A DNA stretch of 64,000 nt from an uncultured Verrucomicrobia subdivision 3 bacterium (lineage in GTDB: Bacteria; Verrucomicrobiota; Verrucomicrobiia; Limisphaerales; UBA11358): contig CAIXFY010000004.1 of the NCBI GenBank assembly GCA_903918885.1, positions 1,166 through 65,165 on the forward strand. The letters run 5' to 3'. The position numbers and the translations under genes are program-made. Below, piece after piece: positions 18,139 to 28,489 of the stretch (its first letter is position 1; each line of letters starts with the position of its first letter). The notes below the pieces were generated by a model. The model was not told the DNA's origin and ran no database searches. It saw nothing but the letters and a program-made list of their open reading frames with translations.

Positions 18139-19079
18139 TGCAAAAGCTTTCGGTCATCATCTGCACGCACAACCCGCGCGGAGAATCTCTTCAGCGCACC
18201 TTGGAAGCATTGCGGAAACAAACTTTGCCCAAGAGTGATTGGGAATTGCTGGTGGTGGACAACGGCTCAACCCCCCCCGTCGCGCAAATGTTCGAGGTTG
18301 TCTGGCATCCGCTCGCCCGCCATGTCCGCGAGGAAGCATTGGGCCTCACTCCAGCCCGACGGCGCGGCATTATGGAATCAACGGCGGAAATTTTGGTGTT
18401 TGTAGATGACGACAATGTGCTTGCCCCCGATTATCTCGAACAGGCGCTGGCGGTCGGTGCACAATGGCCGTTTGTGGGCGTTTGGGGCGGCAGTTGTGTC
18501 GCTGAATATGAAGCGCCCGTGCCGGACTGGATCGGCGATCAGCTCTGGCGTTTGACCGTCTTTGAAGTGAAGGAAGATGTGTGGAGCAATTTGCGGGACA
18601 ACTTTGCCACGTTTCCCGTCGGTGCGGGCATGTGTGTCCGCCGGGCGGTGGCGCGCCGCTATGTGGAATGGTGCGGCCAAAATAAAATCAGCAGCGCACT
18701 GGATCGTTCGGGCAAAGGACTGGGCGGCTATGGCGACATGGATTTATGCCAGTGCGCGATTGACATCGGACTCGGCACGGGTCGTTCCACCAAACTCAAA
18801 CTCACCCACCTCATTCCCGCCGCGCGCTTGACGCTGGATTATTTTGTCCGCCACATGGAAGGCGATGCTGCGTCGCAACTGGCGTATCGCGCCATGCGCG
18901 GCCTGCCTTACCGCCATCTGGCAAAAGATAATTTGTTCCACGAACTCGTTTGGCAATTGAGCTGGCTGGTTCACCGGCAACCTTGGGAACGGCAGCATTT
19001 GCACGCAGCGTATCGTCGCGGCATCAAAAAAGGATTAGAGCTGGCAAAAGAGATTGAAGCCGTTCGACTGAAGACATGA
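18138..19079 (+). CDS. GT2 glycosyltransferase
   Basis: LSVIICTHNPRGESLQRTLEAL, VVDNGSTPP and VFVDDDNV motifs. TAATG overlap with the upstream gene. Confidence 0.85.
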   Translation: MQKLSVIICTHNPRGESLQRTLEALRKQTLPKSDWELLVVDNGSTPPVAQMFEVVWHPLARHVREEALGLTPARRRGIMESTAEILVFVDDDNVLAPDYLEQALAVGAQWPFVGVWGGSCVAEYEAPVPDWIGDQLWRLTVFEVKEDVWSNLRDNFATFPVGAGMCVRRAVARRYVEWCGQNKISSALDRSGKGLGGYGDMDLCQCAIDIGLGTGRSTKLKLTHLIPAARLTLDYFVRHMEGDAASQLAYRAMRGLPYRHLAKDNLFHELVWQLSWLVHRQPWERQHLHAAYRRGIKKGLELAKEIEAVRLKT

Positions 19080-20077
19080 GCCTGACCGACCTCATTGAAC
19101 GCTGCGCGTCGACGAACGGCAAAACCGGGGTCTATTGCCTCGCTAACGACGCTGCGGGCGAATGGTTTGAGGCCTTTGTCCGCAGTTTGCGGAAATACAA
19201 CCCCACACTGCCGCTGACGGTCATTCCTTATGATGCCTCCATAACTCGACTCAAAACGCTTCAGGCACAGTTTCATTTCAGCGTGATGGGAGAGCTGGAT
19301 TGCGCGCGCTTTGATGCCATTGCTCATCGGGTCGCTGGCCAGCGTCTGCCCGGTGGAACCTTTCGCAAGCTTTGCTGTTTTTTTGGCGAATACGATACCT
19401 TCCTATTTTTGGATTCGGACATTGTGGTCACGCAGCCGCTCCAGCCCTTCTTCGACGCCTTTGAAAAAACGGTGGCAGATTTCGTCTATTTTGACACCGA
19501 CATGACCATGGTTTACACACCGGAATTTGCCCATCAAATGGTGGCGAAATACGGTTCTGCCGGCTTCAATTCAGGAGCTTTCATCGCCCGGCGCGGATGT
19601 TTTAACGAGGAGGAAATTATGGCGTCCGTCGAATCGGGTGAAAAAATCCGCGACCATTTTTCCATTTGGGGCGAACAGCCATTCTTCAATTATCTGATCG
19701 ATATTTCCCAGCGGCGCAAACAGTCTGCCGCCGAACTATTGCCCGGCACGACGAACAAACCTTGGGCGCGGGTGAATTTCCATTACGATGCCGGGCAGGA
19801 TCGGTATCTGGATTCCGTAGGCCGGACGATGCCGTTTATTCACTGGGCGGGCTGCGAATGGCCGACGATGTTCCGGTCGGAAATTTTTTTACGTTTCCGC
19901 TTGTTGGGGATGAGTGGCGGGGAACGGGTTGCTTACCGGTTGAATTTTTATTGGCGGCGTTTCCGGAAGAACCTGAAGCACGTTTTGCTGAAAATCCGTC
20001 CGCTCGCCGGTTGGATGGAACGACGTGAGGCGCGATTGCAGCGAAAACGATTGTCGGCCAACGCCAAATCCTCATGA
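19076..20077 (+). CDS. Putative GT-A-fold nucleotide-sugar transferase (GT8-like)
   Basis: VYCLANDAAGEWFEAFVRSL and a DxD-like FLFLDSDIVV. ATGA overlaps on both sides. Confidence 0.45.
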   Translation: MSLTDLIERCASTNGKTGVYCLANDAAGEWFEAFVRSLRKYNPTLPLTVIPYDASITRLKTLQAQFHFSVMGELDCARFDAIAHRVAGQRLPGGTFRKLCCFFGEYDTFLFLDSDIVVTQPLQPFFDAFEKTVADFVYFDTDMTMVYTPEFAHQMVAKYGSAGFNSGAFIARRGCFNEEEIMASVESGEKIRDHFSIWGEQPFFNYLIDISQRRKQSAAELLPGTTNKPWARVNFHYDAGQDRYLDSVGRTMPFIHWAGCEWPTMFRSEIFLRFRLLGMSGGERVAYRLNFYWRRFRKNLKHVLLKIRPLAGWMERREARLQRKRLSANAKSS

Positions 20078-20931
20078 CCAATCCCGTCAAAAAACTTCTC
20101 GCCCGCGCGGCGCGTCAGGAAAAAATCTGGCGCACGCTGGAAGCCTCCCTGCTGAAGCTGACCCGTTTTCTTGAACGCGAGCATTTCCGCAACGATAATG
20201 CGCCGCGACCGCCGCAGGTAGATTTGAGTGCCGCCCTGAAACAGTTTTCCCCAGATATGACGGTGCGCCACGGTCCGTTTCGCGGCATGAAATATCCGGG
20301 CGAAAAATCCGTGGGCAGCGTGCTTGTGCCCAAGCTGCTCGGCTCCTACGAGCGTGAATTGCATCCGCTCTTGGAGCGACTGAAGGAGCGGAATTATTCC
20401 GAGATTGTGGACATCGGCTGTGCCGAAGGATTCTATGCCGTGGGTTTGGCGCGGATGTTTCCGGACGCAAAGATCTTTGCCTGCGATACTAACCCGGAGG
20501 CGGTGCGATTGTGTCGGCGCATGGCGGAAGAAAATGGCGTGAACAACCGTTTGGTGACCGGTGCTTTTTGCGATGCAAAGACGCTGGCATCGCTGCCGCT
20601 TACCCGTCGGGCGCTGGTCTTGAGTGACTGCGAAGGCTACGAGAAACATCTGTTTACGCCGGAAACTGTGCGGGCATTGGCAGTGCACGACGTGCTGATC
20701 GAAGTGCATGACATGGTGGACATCGAGATTTCCGCACGGCTGCGGTCGGTCTTTCAGCCAACACACCAATTGGAAGTTATGGTTTCCGTGGATGATATCC
20801 GCAAGGCACAGACTTATGATTATCCAGAACTGAAACCGTTCTCTTTGGCCGAGCGCAAAGTGCTGCTGCAAGAATGGCGTGCGGCCAGTATGGACTGGTT
20901 TTATTTTTCACCGCGAATTTCCGGTGGATGA
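20074..20931 (+). CDS. Class I SAM-dependent methyltransferase
   Basis: IVDIGCAEGFYAVGLA (motif I) and KIFACDTNPEAV (acidic motif II). Confidence 0.7.
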   Translation: MTNPVKKLLARAARQEKIWRTLEASLLKLTRFLEREHFRNDNAPRPPQVDLSAALKQFSPDMTVRHGPFRGMKYPGEKSVGSVLVPKLLGSYERELHPLLERLKERNYSEIVDIGCAEGFYAVGLARMFPDAKIFACDTNPEAVRLCRRMAEENGVNNRLVTGAFCDAKTLASLPLTRRALVLSDCEGYEKHLFTPETVRALAVHDVLIEVHDMVDIEISARLRSVFQPTHQLEVMVSVDDIRKAQTYDYPELKPFSLAERKVLLQEWRAASMDWFYFSPRISGG

Positions 20932-20992
20932 CATTTGAAAATTGAAATGCGTCGGAGAAGGTTTAATCTCCGAAGAAATACGAGTTGAAACC

Positions 20993-22528
20993 ATGACTAA
21001 CCCAACCGCCGCGATGCGAATGCTGATCACTTATGCGATCTGCATTCCGTTGGCTGTCATCATTGGCTATGTGTTGACGAATCCGCTGGATTACGGGACG
21101 ATTGGTTTTCTGGGGATTATCGCTTTCGTTCTGATTTCGCCGATTTTAATCAAGTGGTATTACCCGCTTTTAATATTTGGCTTGGCTTGTCCTGCCATCA
21201 TGTTTTTTCTGCCTGGGCGGCCACTGATGTCGCAGGCCGTGGTATTGCTGGCAGTGGGGATTATCGTCAGTGAGCAAATCTTGAAGGGACAAAAACCTTT
21301 TACTCCAGTTCGAATCGTTATCGCCCCGTTGGTGTTTCTCGCGGCGGTAATCTTTATGACCGCCGAGCTCAATGGTGGCATCGGTTTCCACTCATTTGGG
21401 TCAGACACCGGGGGCGGTAAAAAATATGCCGAGGTTTTCATCGGTATCGCCACATTTTTTGCCGTTGCCAGTCGGGCGATTCCTTCCAGTCAAAGGAAAC
21501 TTTACATCGGCCTCGCTTTTTTGCCGGGGCTGACGGGCATCATCAGTCAGCTTTTCCCCGTCCTGCCCAGCCCTTTAAATTATGTCAACCTCTTGTTCCC
21601 TCCCCTCGTTGTCAGTCCGGAAGAAATCGTCATTGGCCAGACGCGTCTGGTGTCCTTTTCGTTTGCCGTGGGAACGATTGCGGTGTTCATGCTGGTTCGT
21701 TATGGCCTCCGAGGTATTTTTGATTTTTCGAAGCCTTGGCGTTCCCTGATTTTTCTCGCCTCATTTGGCTTGAGTATGCTGGGCGGCTTTCGATCCTCAT
21801 TCTCGGGAACCGTATTAACTATTTTGCTGATGTTTTTTCTCGAACGCATGCATCGCACCCGCCTTTTACCGGTGGTGTTAATGGCTAGTGTGCTAGCTTT
21901 CACTTTGATGGCCTGTTTTTCGGACAAAATGCCCTATACCTTACAGCGTTCCATGTCGTTTCTACCATTTGATTGGAAGCCGGAAGTGATTATAGATGCA
22001 CAAGGGAGCTCGGAGTGGCGCTTTGCCATCTGGCGCGCCACCTGGCCAATGGTTCCAAGTCATCTTTTATTGGGAAAAGGGTTCACCATCAACAAGGACG
22101 ATTTTGACATGATGGGGCAAGGCACTTTTGCCGGGCACCAAATCGACGAAGCCAACAATCCGCTGGCGCTTTCCAATGATTATCACAGCGGTCCGTTGAG
22201 CACCCTTATGGGCTTTGGCGTCTGGGGCGGCATTGGGGTAATCTGGTTGATGGGAGCCGCCTTGTATGTGCTGTATCAGAACTACAAATATGGCGATCCA
22301 GATTTGATTGCTTTTAACGTCTTCAACCTCGCTAGCATGATAGTCACTGTGATTTTCTTTTTCCTCGTCTTCGGCAGTTTCGCTGGCGACATCGGGAATA
22401 TTGCCAAAACGGTCGGTTTCAGCCTCGCCATGAATGGCGGGCTCGCCAGACGTCCGGCCAAACCAGTTTTCAATCCGACCATCAAGCCCCTCAAGTCTGG
22501 GGTGGCCATATCTCCGCAACCCGCTTAA
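20993..22528 (+). CDS. O-antigen ligase/polymerase-family membrane protein (Wzy_C-like)
   Basis: About 510 aa and polytopic, with a large loop after the transmembrane cluster carrying conserved R/H residues. It lies between a methyltransferase and a GT9 gene. The region is visibly more AT-rich. Confidence 0.6.
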   Translation: MTNPTAAMRMLITYAICIPLAVIIGYVLTNPLDYGTIGFLGIIAFVLISPILIKWYYPLLIFGLACPAIMFFLPGRPLMSQAVVLLAVGIIVSEQILKGQKPFTPVRIVIAPLVFLAAVIFMTAELNGGIGFHSFGSDTGGGKKYAEVFIGIATFFAVASRAIPSSQRKLYIGLAFLPGLTGIISQLFPVLPSPLNYVNLLFPPLVVSPEEIVIGQTRLVSFSFAVGTIAVFMLVRYGLRGIFDFSKPWRSLIFLASFGLSMLGGFRSSFSGTVLTILLMFFLERMHRTRLLPVVLMASVLAFTLMACFSDKMPYTLQRSMSFLPFDWKPEVIIDAQGSSEWRFAIWRATWPMVPSHLLLGKGFTINKDDFDMMGQGTFAGHQIDEANNPLALSNDYHSGPLSTLMGFGVWGGIGVIWLMGAALYVLYQNYKYGDPDLIAFNVFNLASMIVTVIFFFLVFGSFAGDIGNIAKTVGFSLAMNGGLARRPAKPVFNPTIKPLKSGVAISPQPA

Positions 22529-22534
22529 ACCCGA

Positions 22535-23515
22535 GTGAAACCACGGTTGCTAGTTCTCGAACTTTGGGGTCTGGGTGATCTCGTCATTGCCACGCCGTTT
22601 TTACAAGCGGCCGCAGAAAAATATTCCGTTACCCTCCTCGCCAAGCCCTTCGCCGAGGAATTGCGTCCCCGCCTGTGGCCGACAATCGAAGTCATTCCCT
22701 TCATCGCTCCGTGGACCGCCTTTCGCGACAAATACCAGTTTTGGCACTGGCCCTGGCGGGAGTTATCGCTGCTCCGGAAAAAATTATTGGCACAGCAATT
22801 TGACTGCGGCGTTTCCGCCCGCTGGGATCCTCGCGATCATCTGGCTTTGAAATTATCCGGCGCCCGGGAACGACTTGGCTTCTCTCGCCTAAAAAGCCGT
22901 CGCTACCTCACGCACGAACTAGTCCGCCCCGAACCCTTGGCTCACCGTTACGAATCCTGGCGCATTGCGGGGGCTGCGCTGGATTTGGCCGTGCCGCCAC
23001 GCGATAAAATTTTTGCCACTACCAATGCCTTGCCGCCGCGCGTGCTCATCCACACCGGCGCGCGTCTGCCTCTGCGCGTCTGGCCGCTGGAAAATTTTTC
23101 CGAACTGGTCACGCGCTTGCGCCAAAGCAACTACACCGTGCAAATCGCCTGCGACGCCGACCAGTTGAACTGGTGGCAAGTCCGGGGCGAGCAGGCCATC
23201 TGCCCGCGCGATGTCACGGAATTATTCCGCTGGCTGGATCAGGGCGGCGTGTTCATCGGGAACGACTCTGGCCCTGGTCACCTCGCGGCCGCGTGCGGCC
23301 TGCCGACCTTCACGTTGTTCGGCCCGCAGCTCCATGAGTGGTTTGCGCCGCTACATCCCGCTTCGGAAATTTTCGAGGGCAAGGCGTGCCCCTACAAACC
23401 CTGCTCGGATTACTGCCGGTTTGCCGAACCTTTCTGCCTGCGCAAAGTATCCGTCGCAGAAGTCTGGCCGCGTGTCGTCGGCTTCGCGCAACGTCATCTT
23501 TCCATTGGCTGTTGA
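22535..23515 (+). CDS. GT9 glycosyltransferase (heptosyltransferase family)
   Basis: LVLELWGLGDLVIATPFL and GNDSGPGHLAAACGLPTFTLFGP motifs. GTG start. Confidence 0.85.
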   Translation: MKPRLLVLELWGLGDLVIATPFLQAAAEKYSVTLLAKPFAEELRPRLWPTIEVIPFIAPWTAFRDKYQFWHWPWRELSLLRKKLLAQQFDCGVSARWDPRDHLALKLSGARERLGFSRLKSRRYLTHELVRPEPLAHRYESWRIAGAALDLAVPPRDKIFATTNALPPRVLIHTGARLPLRVWPLENFSELVTRLRQSNYTVQIACDADQLNWWQVRGEQAICPRDVTELFRWLDQGGVFIGNDSGPGHLAAACGLPTFTLFGPQLHEWFAPLHPASEIFEGKACPYKPCSDYCRFAEPFCLRKVSVAEVWPRVVGFAQRHLSIGC

Positions 23516-23584
23516 TTTTCCAGTTCAGCTTTCCCGCTTGCTGCTCGAATACGGCAAAGGCATTCTTATTTTCATACAAAAATT

Positions 23585-24640
23585 ATGAGTGTCGCCCTTG
23601 TCACTGGTTCCGCCGGGTTGATCGGCTCCGAGACCTGCAAACGCTACCACGCGGAAGGTTTTGAAATCGTGGGCATGGACAATGACATGCGGGCAAAATT
23701 TTTTGGCGCGGAAGCCTCGACTGCGCTGACGCGGACGAAGCTGGAGAAGTCGCTGAAAAATTACCGGCACGAAAACGTGGACATTCGCGACAACGACGCG
23801 GTCAACGCGCTCTTCGCCAAGCTCGGCGCGTCCGTCAAAGTCGTCGTCCACACCGCCGCGCAACCGTCGCACGACTGGGCCGCGCGCGAACCGCACACGG
23901 ATTTTGGCGTGAACGCCGTCGGCACTTTGAATTTGCTCGAAGCCACGCGGCAACATTGTCCCGAAGCTGTTTTCATTTTCACCAGCACGAACAAAGTTTA
24001 CGGCGACACGCCGAATCTATTGCCGTTGCGTGAATTGGAATTGCGCTGGGAAATTGATTCGTCGCACATCTACCACACGGGCATTGACGAAACGATGTCC
24101 ATTGACCAGACCAAGCATTCGCTCTTCGGCGCGAGCAAAGTTGCGGCGGACATTTTGGTGCAGGAATACGGTCGCTACTTCGGTATGAAGACAGCGATTT
24201 TTCGCGGCGGTTGTCTCACCGGCCCAGCGCACGCCGGCACAGAGTTACACGGCTTTCTCGCCTACCTGATGAAATGCACCGCGACCGACCGGCCGTATCG
24301 CGTGTTCGGCTACAAGGGCAAGCAGGTGCGTGACAACATCCACAGCCACGATCTCGTCGAGGCGTTCTGGCAATTCACGCTCAAGCCGCGTTCCGGCGAA
24401 GTCTATAACATGGGCGGCAGCCGCTATTCAAACTGCTCAATGCTCGAAGCAATTGGAATGTGCGAAGCCATCAGCGGTAAAAAACTGGATTACACTTACG
24501 TCGAGGACAACCGCATCGGCGACCACATCTGGTATGTCAGCGACGTGCGGAAATTTCAGAAGCATTATCCGAATTGGAAATACCGGTTCGACCTGAAAGC
24601 CATCTTGGAACAGATTCACGCCGCAGTTATCGCCAGTTAA
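23585..24640 (+). CDS. NAD-dependent sugar epimerase/dehydratase (extended SDR)
   Basis: [12 protein letters not shown] Rossmann motif and a YGASKVAAD catalytic YxxxK. Confidence 0.85.
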   Translation: MSVALVTGSAGLIGSETCKRYHAEGFEIVGMDNDMRAKFFGAEASTALTRTKLEKSLKNYRHENVDIRDNDAVNALFAKLGASVKVVVHTAAQPSHDWAAREPHTDFGVNAVGTLNLLEATRQHCPEAVFIFTSTNKVYGDTPNLLPLRELELRWEIDSSHIYHTGIDETMSIDQTKHSLFGASKVAADILVQEYGRYFGMKTAIFRGGCLTGPAHAGTELHGFLAYLMKCTATDRPYRVFGYKGKQVRDNIHSHDLVEAFWQFTLKPRSGEVYNMGGSRYSNCSMLEAIGMCEAISGKKLDYTYVEDNRIGDHIWYVSDVRKFQKHYPNWKYRFDLKAILEQIHAAVIAS

Positions 24641-24644
24641 CTGC

Positions 24645-24730
24645 ATGAAAATTCTCATTACCGACATATGTGGTTTCGTGGGCAGCACGTTGCCACGCGC
24701 GCTACGAGAATTCGCTCCGCCCCGACAGTT
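24645..24730 (+). pseudogene. 5' remnant of an SDR epimerase gene paralogous to the intact gene at 26643
   Basis: MKILITDICGFVGSTLPRALRE aligns with MKILITGSCGFVGSTLTRTLLE of the 26643 gene. By eye the DNA looks roughly three-quarters identical over about 80 nt, after which similarity is lost. Confidence 0.6.
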
Positions 24731-24756
24731 TGATTCCCTGATGCCGGAGAACAATG

Positions 24757-26443
24757 TCAATTTGGCGGACTGTTTGTATCGGCTTTGTTCCAGAAAACTC
24801 GGGTTTTATATTGTTGGATTTCCTCGTCGGCGATTTTATGTTCTGACGGGGTGAGGACTGGTAGCCAATTCTTGATGGCGGCTTGGGCCGTTATAGACCC
24901 GTTCAGCGCCGCGATGCCAAGCCAAGTGTAGGCCTTTGTTTTATCGGGCGCGACGCCCTGGCCAGCCTGATACATTTTACCTAACGATTCTTGGGAAAAA
25001 AATAATCTCCGGCGCAGTAATCCAAGTATTCGTAGCAGCCCGTTCATACCAATAAAACGCTTTTTGGGGATCGGTCGGCACTCCCTCTCGGCCATGCAAA
25101 TAGCGCTTGGCCAATTGAAATTGCGCCTGCACCACGCCGTTTTCTGCTTGGGCAGTCAAAACGCGCAACATCTTAACTTCTTGCTCTGGGGTAGCGAGCT
25201 TGCCGATTGAGTAAATCTGGCTGGAAAAAAAACAGAGGGTCATGACAACAACACCCATCGCAAATAGACCCAGACCGACAACGGACGGGCGGACGCTCCA
25301 TGGATGCCCTGACAAATCAGTTGCGGATTCTTGCACTGCCCGCCCTTTAATCTCGGTATCGTCTCCGAATGCCATTTCTTCTTCACGCTCATAAATCCGC
25401 CAGCGATGGGTCAGAAGTATCAGGCATGGCGGGAGCACCTGCATGAAAACCCGAAACTCCCGATAGGATCCATAATATAAAAGCGCGGCACTGAAGGCCA
25501 GAATCACCAACAAGTAAGGCCGTTGCGCCTTGCCCCAACACAAAACCGCCGCTGCCACGAGCGTTCCTGCATTCACAAAAAAGACGTTATTCAGCTTGGG
25601 AACGAATATGAAGTCCAAGTTCTCTTTCAGTATCGCCGGCGACAACAAATCAGTCAGGCTGGCCGAATTGTTCATAGAAAAGGCGGCCGTAGTCACCGAC
25701 CATTGGGCGAGAAACATTTTTTTACAAATCGCGTAGCTGGCCACCAGCGCGATAAACATCAATAGCCGCCGACCAAAATTCCAGCGGTCATAAAACAGTA
25801 ACAACAAGGCGCAGACCAAAACAGTTTCCTTAAACAGGCAGCCGATAAGGATGGCCAAAGCCATCATTACCGGTTGTTTTTGCTCAAAAAAAATGATGCC
25901 CAAAGTGAAAAATAACGTCGCCGGAATATCCCATGGATAAAAATAATAACCGGCGGCGGGCGAAAAATAATAAATCATGCCGGCGAAAATCCCCAAATTA
26001 ATCAAAAGCGCGTGTCGCAGCGATAAAGTCACCGCCAGAAAAAGCAAAAACAACCAGCAGGTGTGGTAAAGCGCGAAAATACTGCTGTATTGCTTAAGCG
26101 TGTGACTCGGATCCCACAAGTCCAACCAGAAACCGGAAAAAAACATCCCCAAAAACCGCCCGCCCCAAACCGGAGACATGTCGTCAAAATGAAAATTAGC
26201 CAGCGAGCAAGAACTGAAGACCCAGTAATTCAAAGTGTCGCCCCCTCTGACCAGCGCCATGGGAGATCCCCGCATCAAAAAATAGAAAGCCGCACACATT
26301 GACACCGCCATCACCAATTCCAGAAACAGTGATCGCCAAACAAATGTGCGACGGGCAGCGTCAAACGCGCGGCTGAAGCTGAAAACGGCAAACAATTGGC
26401 GGACGTTGATACTAGGTTCAGTAGAATTCGGAGTTATGCTCAT
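24757..26443 (-). pseudogene. Polytopic membrane protein with C-terminal Sel1-like repeats; reading frame interrupted near 24996-25002
   Basis: ORF 24977-26458 ends ...AKRYLHGREGVPTDPQKAFYWYERAA and then stops. The overlapping ORF 24757-25095 continues in another frame with LGKMYQAGQGVAPDKTKAYTWLGIAALNG. One fewer T in the T7 run (A7 on the + strand) would join the two. Confidence 0.5.
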
Positions 26444-26642
26444 GATTATCGGCCTCAATTACACCCAGTTGAATCAAGTATAAATAGCACCCGCAATTTG
26501 TCGAATAATTGCTCCTGAAAAATTAGAGTTGGCGGGCTCCGCTTTCGCGACGGCCGTGTCATTTGTCTGTCTGCATCCGGCAAAATCGAGATTTTGGGGC
26601 TTTGAATCCTGGAGAAATCCATGTTCACTGTGGGTAGACGCT

Positions 26643-27710
26643 ATGAAAATTTTAATCACCGGCAGCTGCGGCTTCGTGGGCAGCACGCTCACGCGCACGC
26701 TGCTGGAATCCACGCCCGGCTTGCAGATTTTCGGCGTGGATAATTTCATTCGCCCCGGCAGCGAACTCAACCGCCCTGAGCTTGCCGCGCTCGGCGTTAA
26801 AGTTTTCCACGCGGACGTCCGCAGCGCGACGGATTTTGAAACTTTGCCCGCCGTTGATTTCGTAATTGATGCTGCTGCGAATCCCAGCGTGCTCGCGGGC
26901 ATGGACGGCAAGACCAGCTCGCGGCAACTGCTCGAACATAATTTGTGGGGCACAATCAACATTCTCGAATACTGCAAGACCCATCGCGCCGGTTTGATTT
27001 TGTTGAGCACCAGCCGCGTCTATTCTGTTCCGCCGCTTGCTGGGCTGCCGATGGAAGTTCATCAAAAGACATTCCGACCGAAGCAGAATGAAAAACTGCC
27101 GGAAGGAATTTCGGCGGAGGGCGTCAGCGAGAAATTTTCCACCACGCCGCCCATTTCACTTTACGGCTCCAGCAAGCTCGCGAGTGAGGTGGTTGCGCTT
27201 GAATACGGCGCGACGTTTAATTTTCCCGTCTGGATTAACCGCTGCGGTGTGCTGGCGGGCGCGGGGCAATTTGGGAAAGCTGACCAAGGGATTTTTTCGT
27301 TCTGGCTGAATTCACATCTCCGTAAGCGCCCGCTGAAATACATTGGCTTCGACGGTGGCGGTCATCAAGTGCGCGACTGTCTGCATCCGCGCGACCTTGT
27401 GCCGGTGCTGCTCGCGCAAATGAGCAATGCTGACAATGGTAAACCACGCATCGCTAATTTCAGCGGCGGCGCAAAAAACTCCATGTCGCTCGCGCAACTC
27501 ACGGACTGGTGCGACGCGCGTTTCGGCAAGCATCCCGTGGCGAGCGAGGCCACACCGCGCCCGTTCGACATCCCGTGGATGGTTTTGGATTCCACGCTCG
27601 CAGAAAAAACGTGGAACTGGTCGCCGAAAATTTTATTGCCGCAGGTGTTGGATGAAATCGCCAAACACGCGGAACAAAATCCAAATTGGCTGGACATTTC
27701 CAATTCCTGA
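26643..27710 (+). CDS. NAD-dependent sugar epimerase/dehydratase (CDP-paratose-2-epimerase-like SDR)
   Basis: MKILITGSCGFVGSTL Rossmann motif and YGSSKLASE (YxxxK). The ATG at 26643 is preferred over the upstream start. Confidence 0.85.
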   Translation: MKILITGSCGFVGSTLTRTLLESTPGLQIFGVDNFIRPGSELNRPELAALGVKVFHADVRSATDFETLPAVDFVIDAAANPSVLAGMDGKTSSRQLLEHNLWGTINILEYCKTHRAGLILLSTSRVYSVPPLAGLPMEVHQKTFRPKQNEKLPEGISAEGVSEKFSTTPPISLYGSSKLASEVVALEYGATFNFPVWINRCGVLAGAGQFGKADQGIFSFWLNSHLRKRPLKYIGFDGGGHQVRDCLHPRDLVPVLLAQMSNADNGKPRIANFSGGAKNSMSLAQLTDWCDARFGKHPVASEATPRPFDIPWMVLDSTLAEKTWNWSPKILLPQVLDEIAKHAEQNPNWLDISNS

Positions 27711-28480
27711 TGCCGCAAAACGCGCCCAATCCGAATGCAGCACCGCTGAAATTATATTCCGTCATCATCCCCGCGCGCGATGAAGAAGAGTCGCTGCCGG
27801 CGACGATTGAACATTTGCATCTGGAATTTTCCCTGAATAACGTGCCGCACGAAATCGTCGTCGTGGACGACGGCAGCAGCGACAAAACGTGGGAGGTTTT
27901 ACAAAAACTAAAGACTAAAATTCCGACGCTGAATCCGATTCAAAACACCGGCGAACACGGCTTTGGCCGCGCCATCACGTTCGGTTTGCAACACTGCACC
28001 GGTGATGCGGTGGTCATCATGATGGCCGACGAGTCTGACGATGCGCGCGATGCGGTGCGGTATTGGCAACTGCTAAACGAAGGCTGGGATTGCGTGTTCG
28101 GCAGCCGCTTCGTGAAAGGCGGCGGCACGATTGATTATCCAAAGGTGAAGCTGTTCGTAAATCGCCTAGCAAATTTTTTTATCCGGGTGATTTTTCAGAT
28201 TCCGTTAAACGATACCACGAACGCGTTCAAGGCTTATCGCCGTTCGGTCATTGAAGGGTGCGAGCCGCTGATTGCGCCGCATTTTAATCTCACGGTAGAA
28301 ATTCCGCTCAAGGCCATTGTGCGCGGTTATTCGTGGACCATCTTGCCGATTACTTGGCGCAATCGCCGCTTTGGCGAAGCCAAATTAAAAATTAAAGAGA
28401 TGGGCAGCCGCTATCTTTTCATCTGCGCCTACGTCTGGCTGGAAAAATATTTCAGCCGCGGCGACTACAAGAAACGTTGA
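27710..28480 (+). CDS. GT2 polyprenyl-phosphate sugar synthase-like glycosyltransferase
   Basis: YSVIIPARDEEESL, VVDDGSSDKT and MMADESDD motifs. TGATG overlap with the upstream epimerase. Confidence 0.85.
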   Translation: MPQNAPNPNAAPLKLYSVIIPARDEEESLPATIEHLHLEFSLNNVPHEIVVVDDGSSDKTWEVLQKLKTKIPTLNPIQNTGEHGFGRAITFGLQHCTGDAVVIMMADESDDARDAVRYWQLLNEGWDCVFGSRFVKGGGTIDYPKVKLFVNRLANFFIRVIFQIPLNDTTNAFKAYRRSVIEGCEPLIAPHFNLTVEIPLKAIVRGYSWTILPITWRNRRFGEAKLKIKEMGSRYLFICAYVWLEKYFSRGDYKKR

Positions 28481-28489
28481 GAACGTCGA

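Noticed and set aside
19948-20871. 307-aa ORF on the - strand
   Set aside because: It is antisense to a methyltransferase with clear SAM-binding motifs. The composition is that of a shadow ORF.
24645-24854. 69-aa ORF as a genuine small gene
   Set aside because: Only the first 26 or so residues resemble anything (an SDR N-terminus), and the rest is unrelated. I interpret it as a gene remnant rather than a functional CDS.
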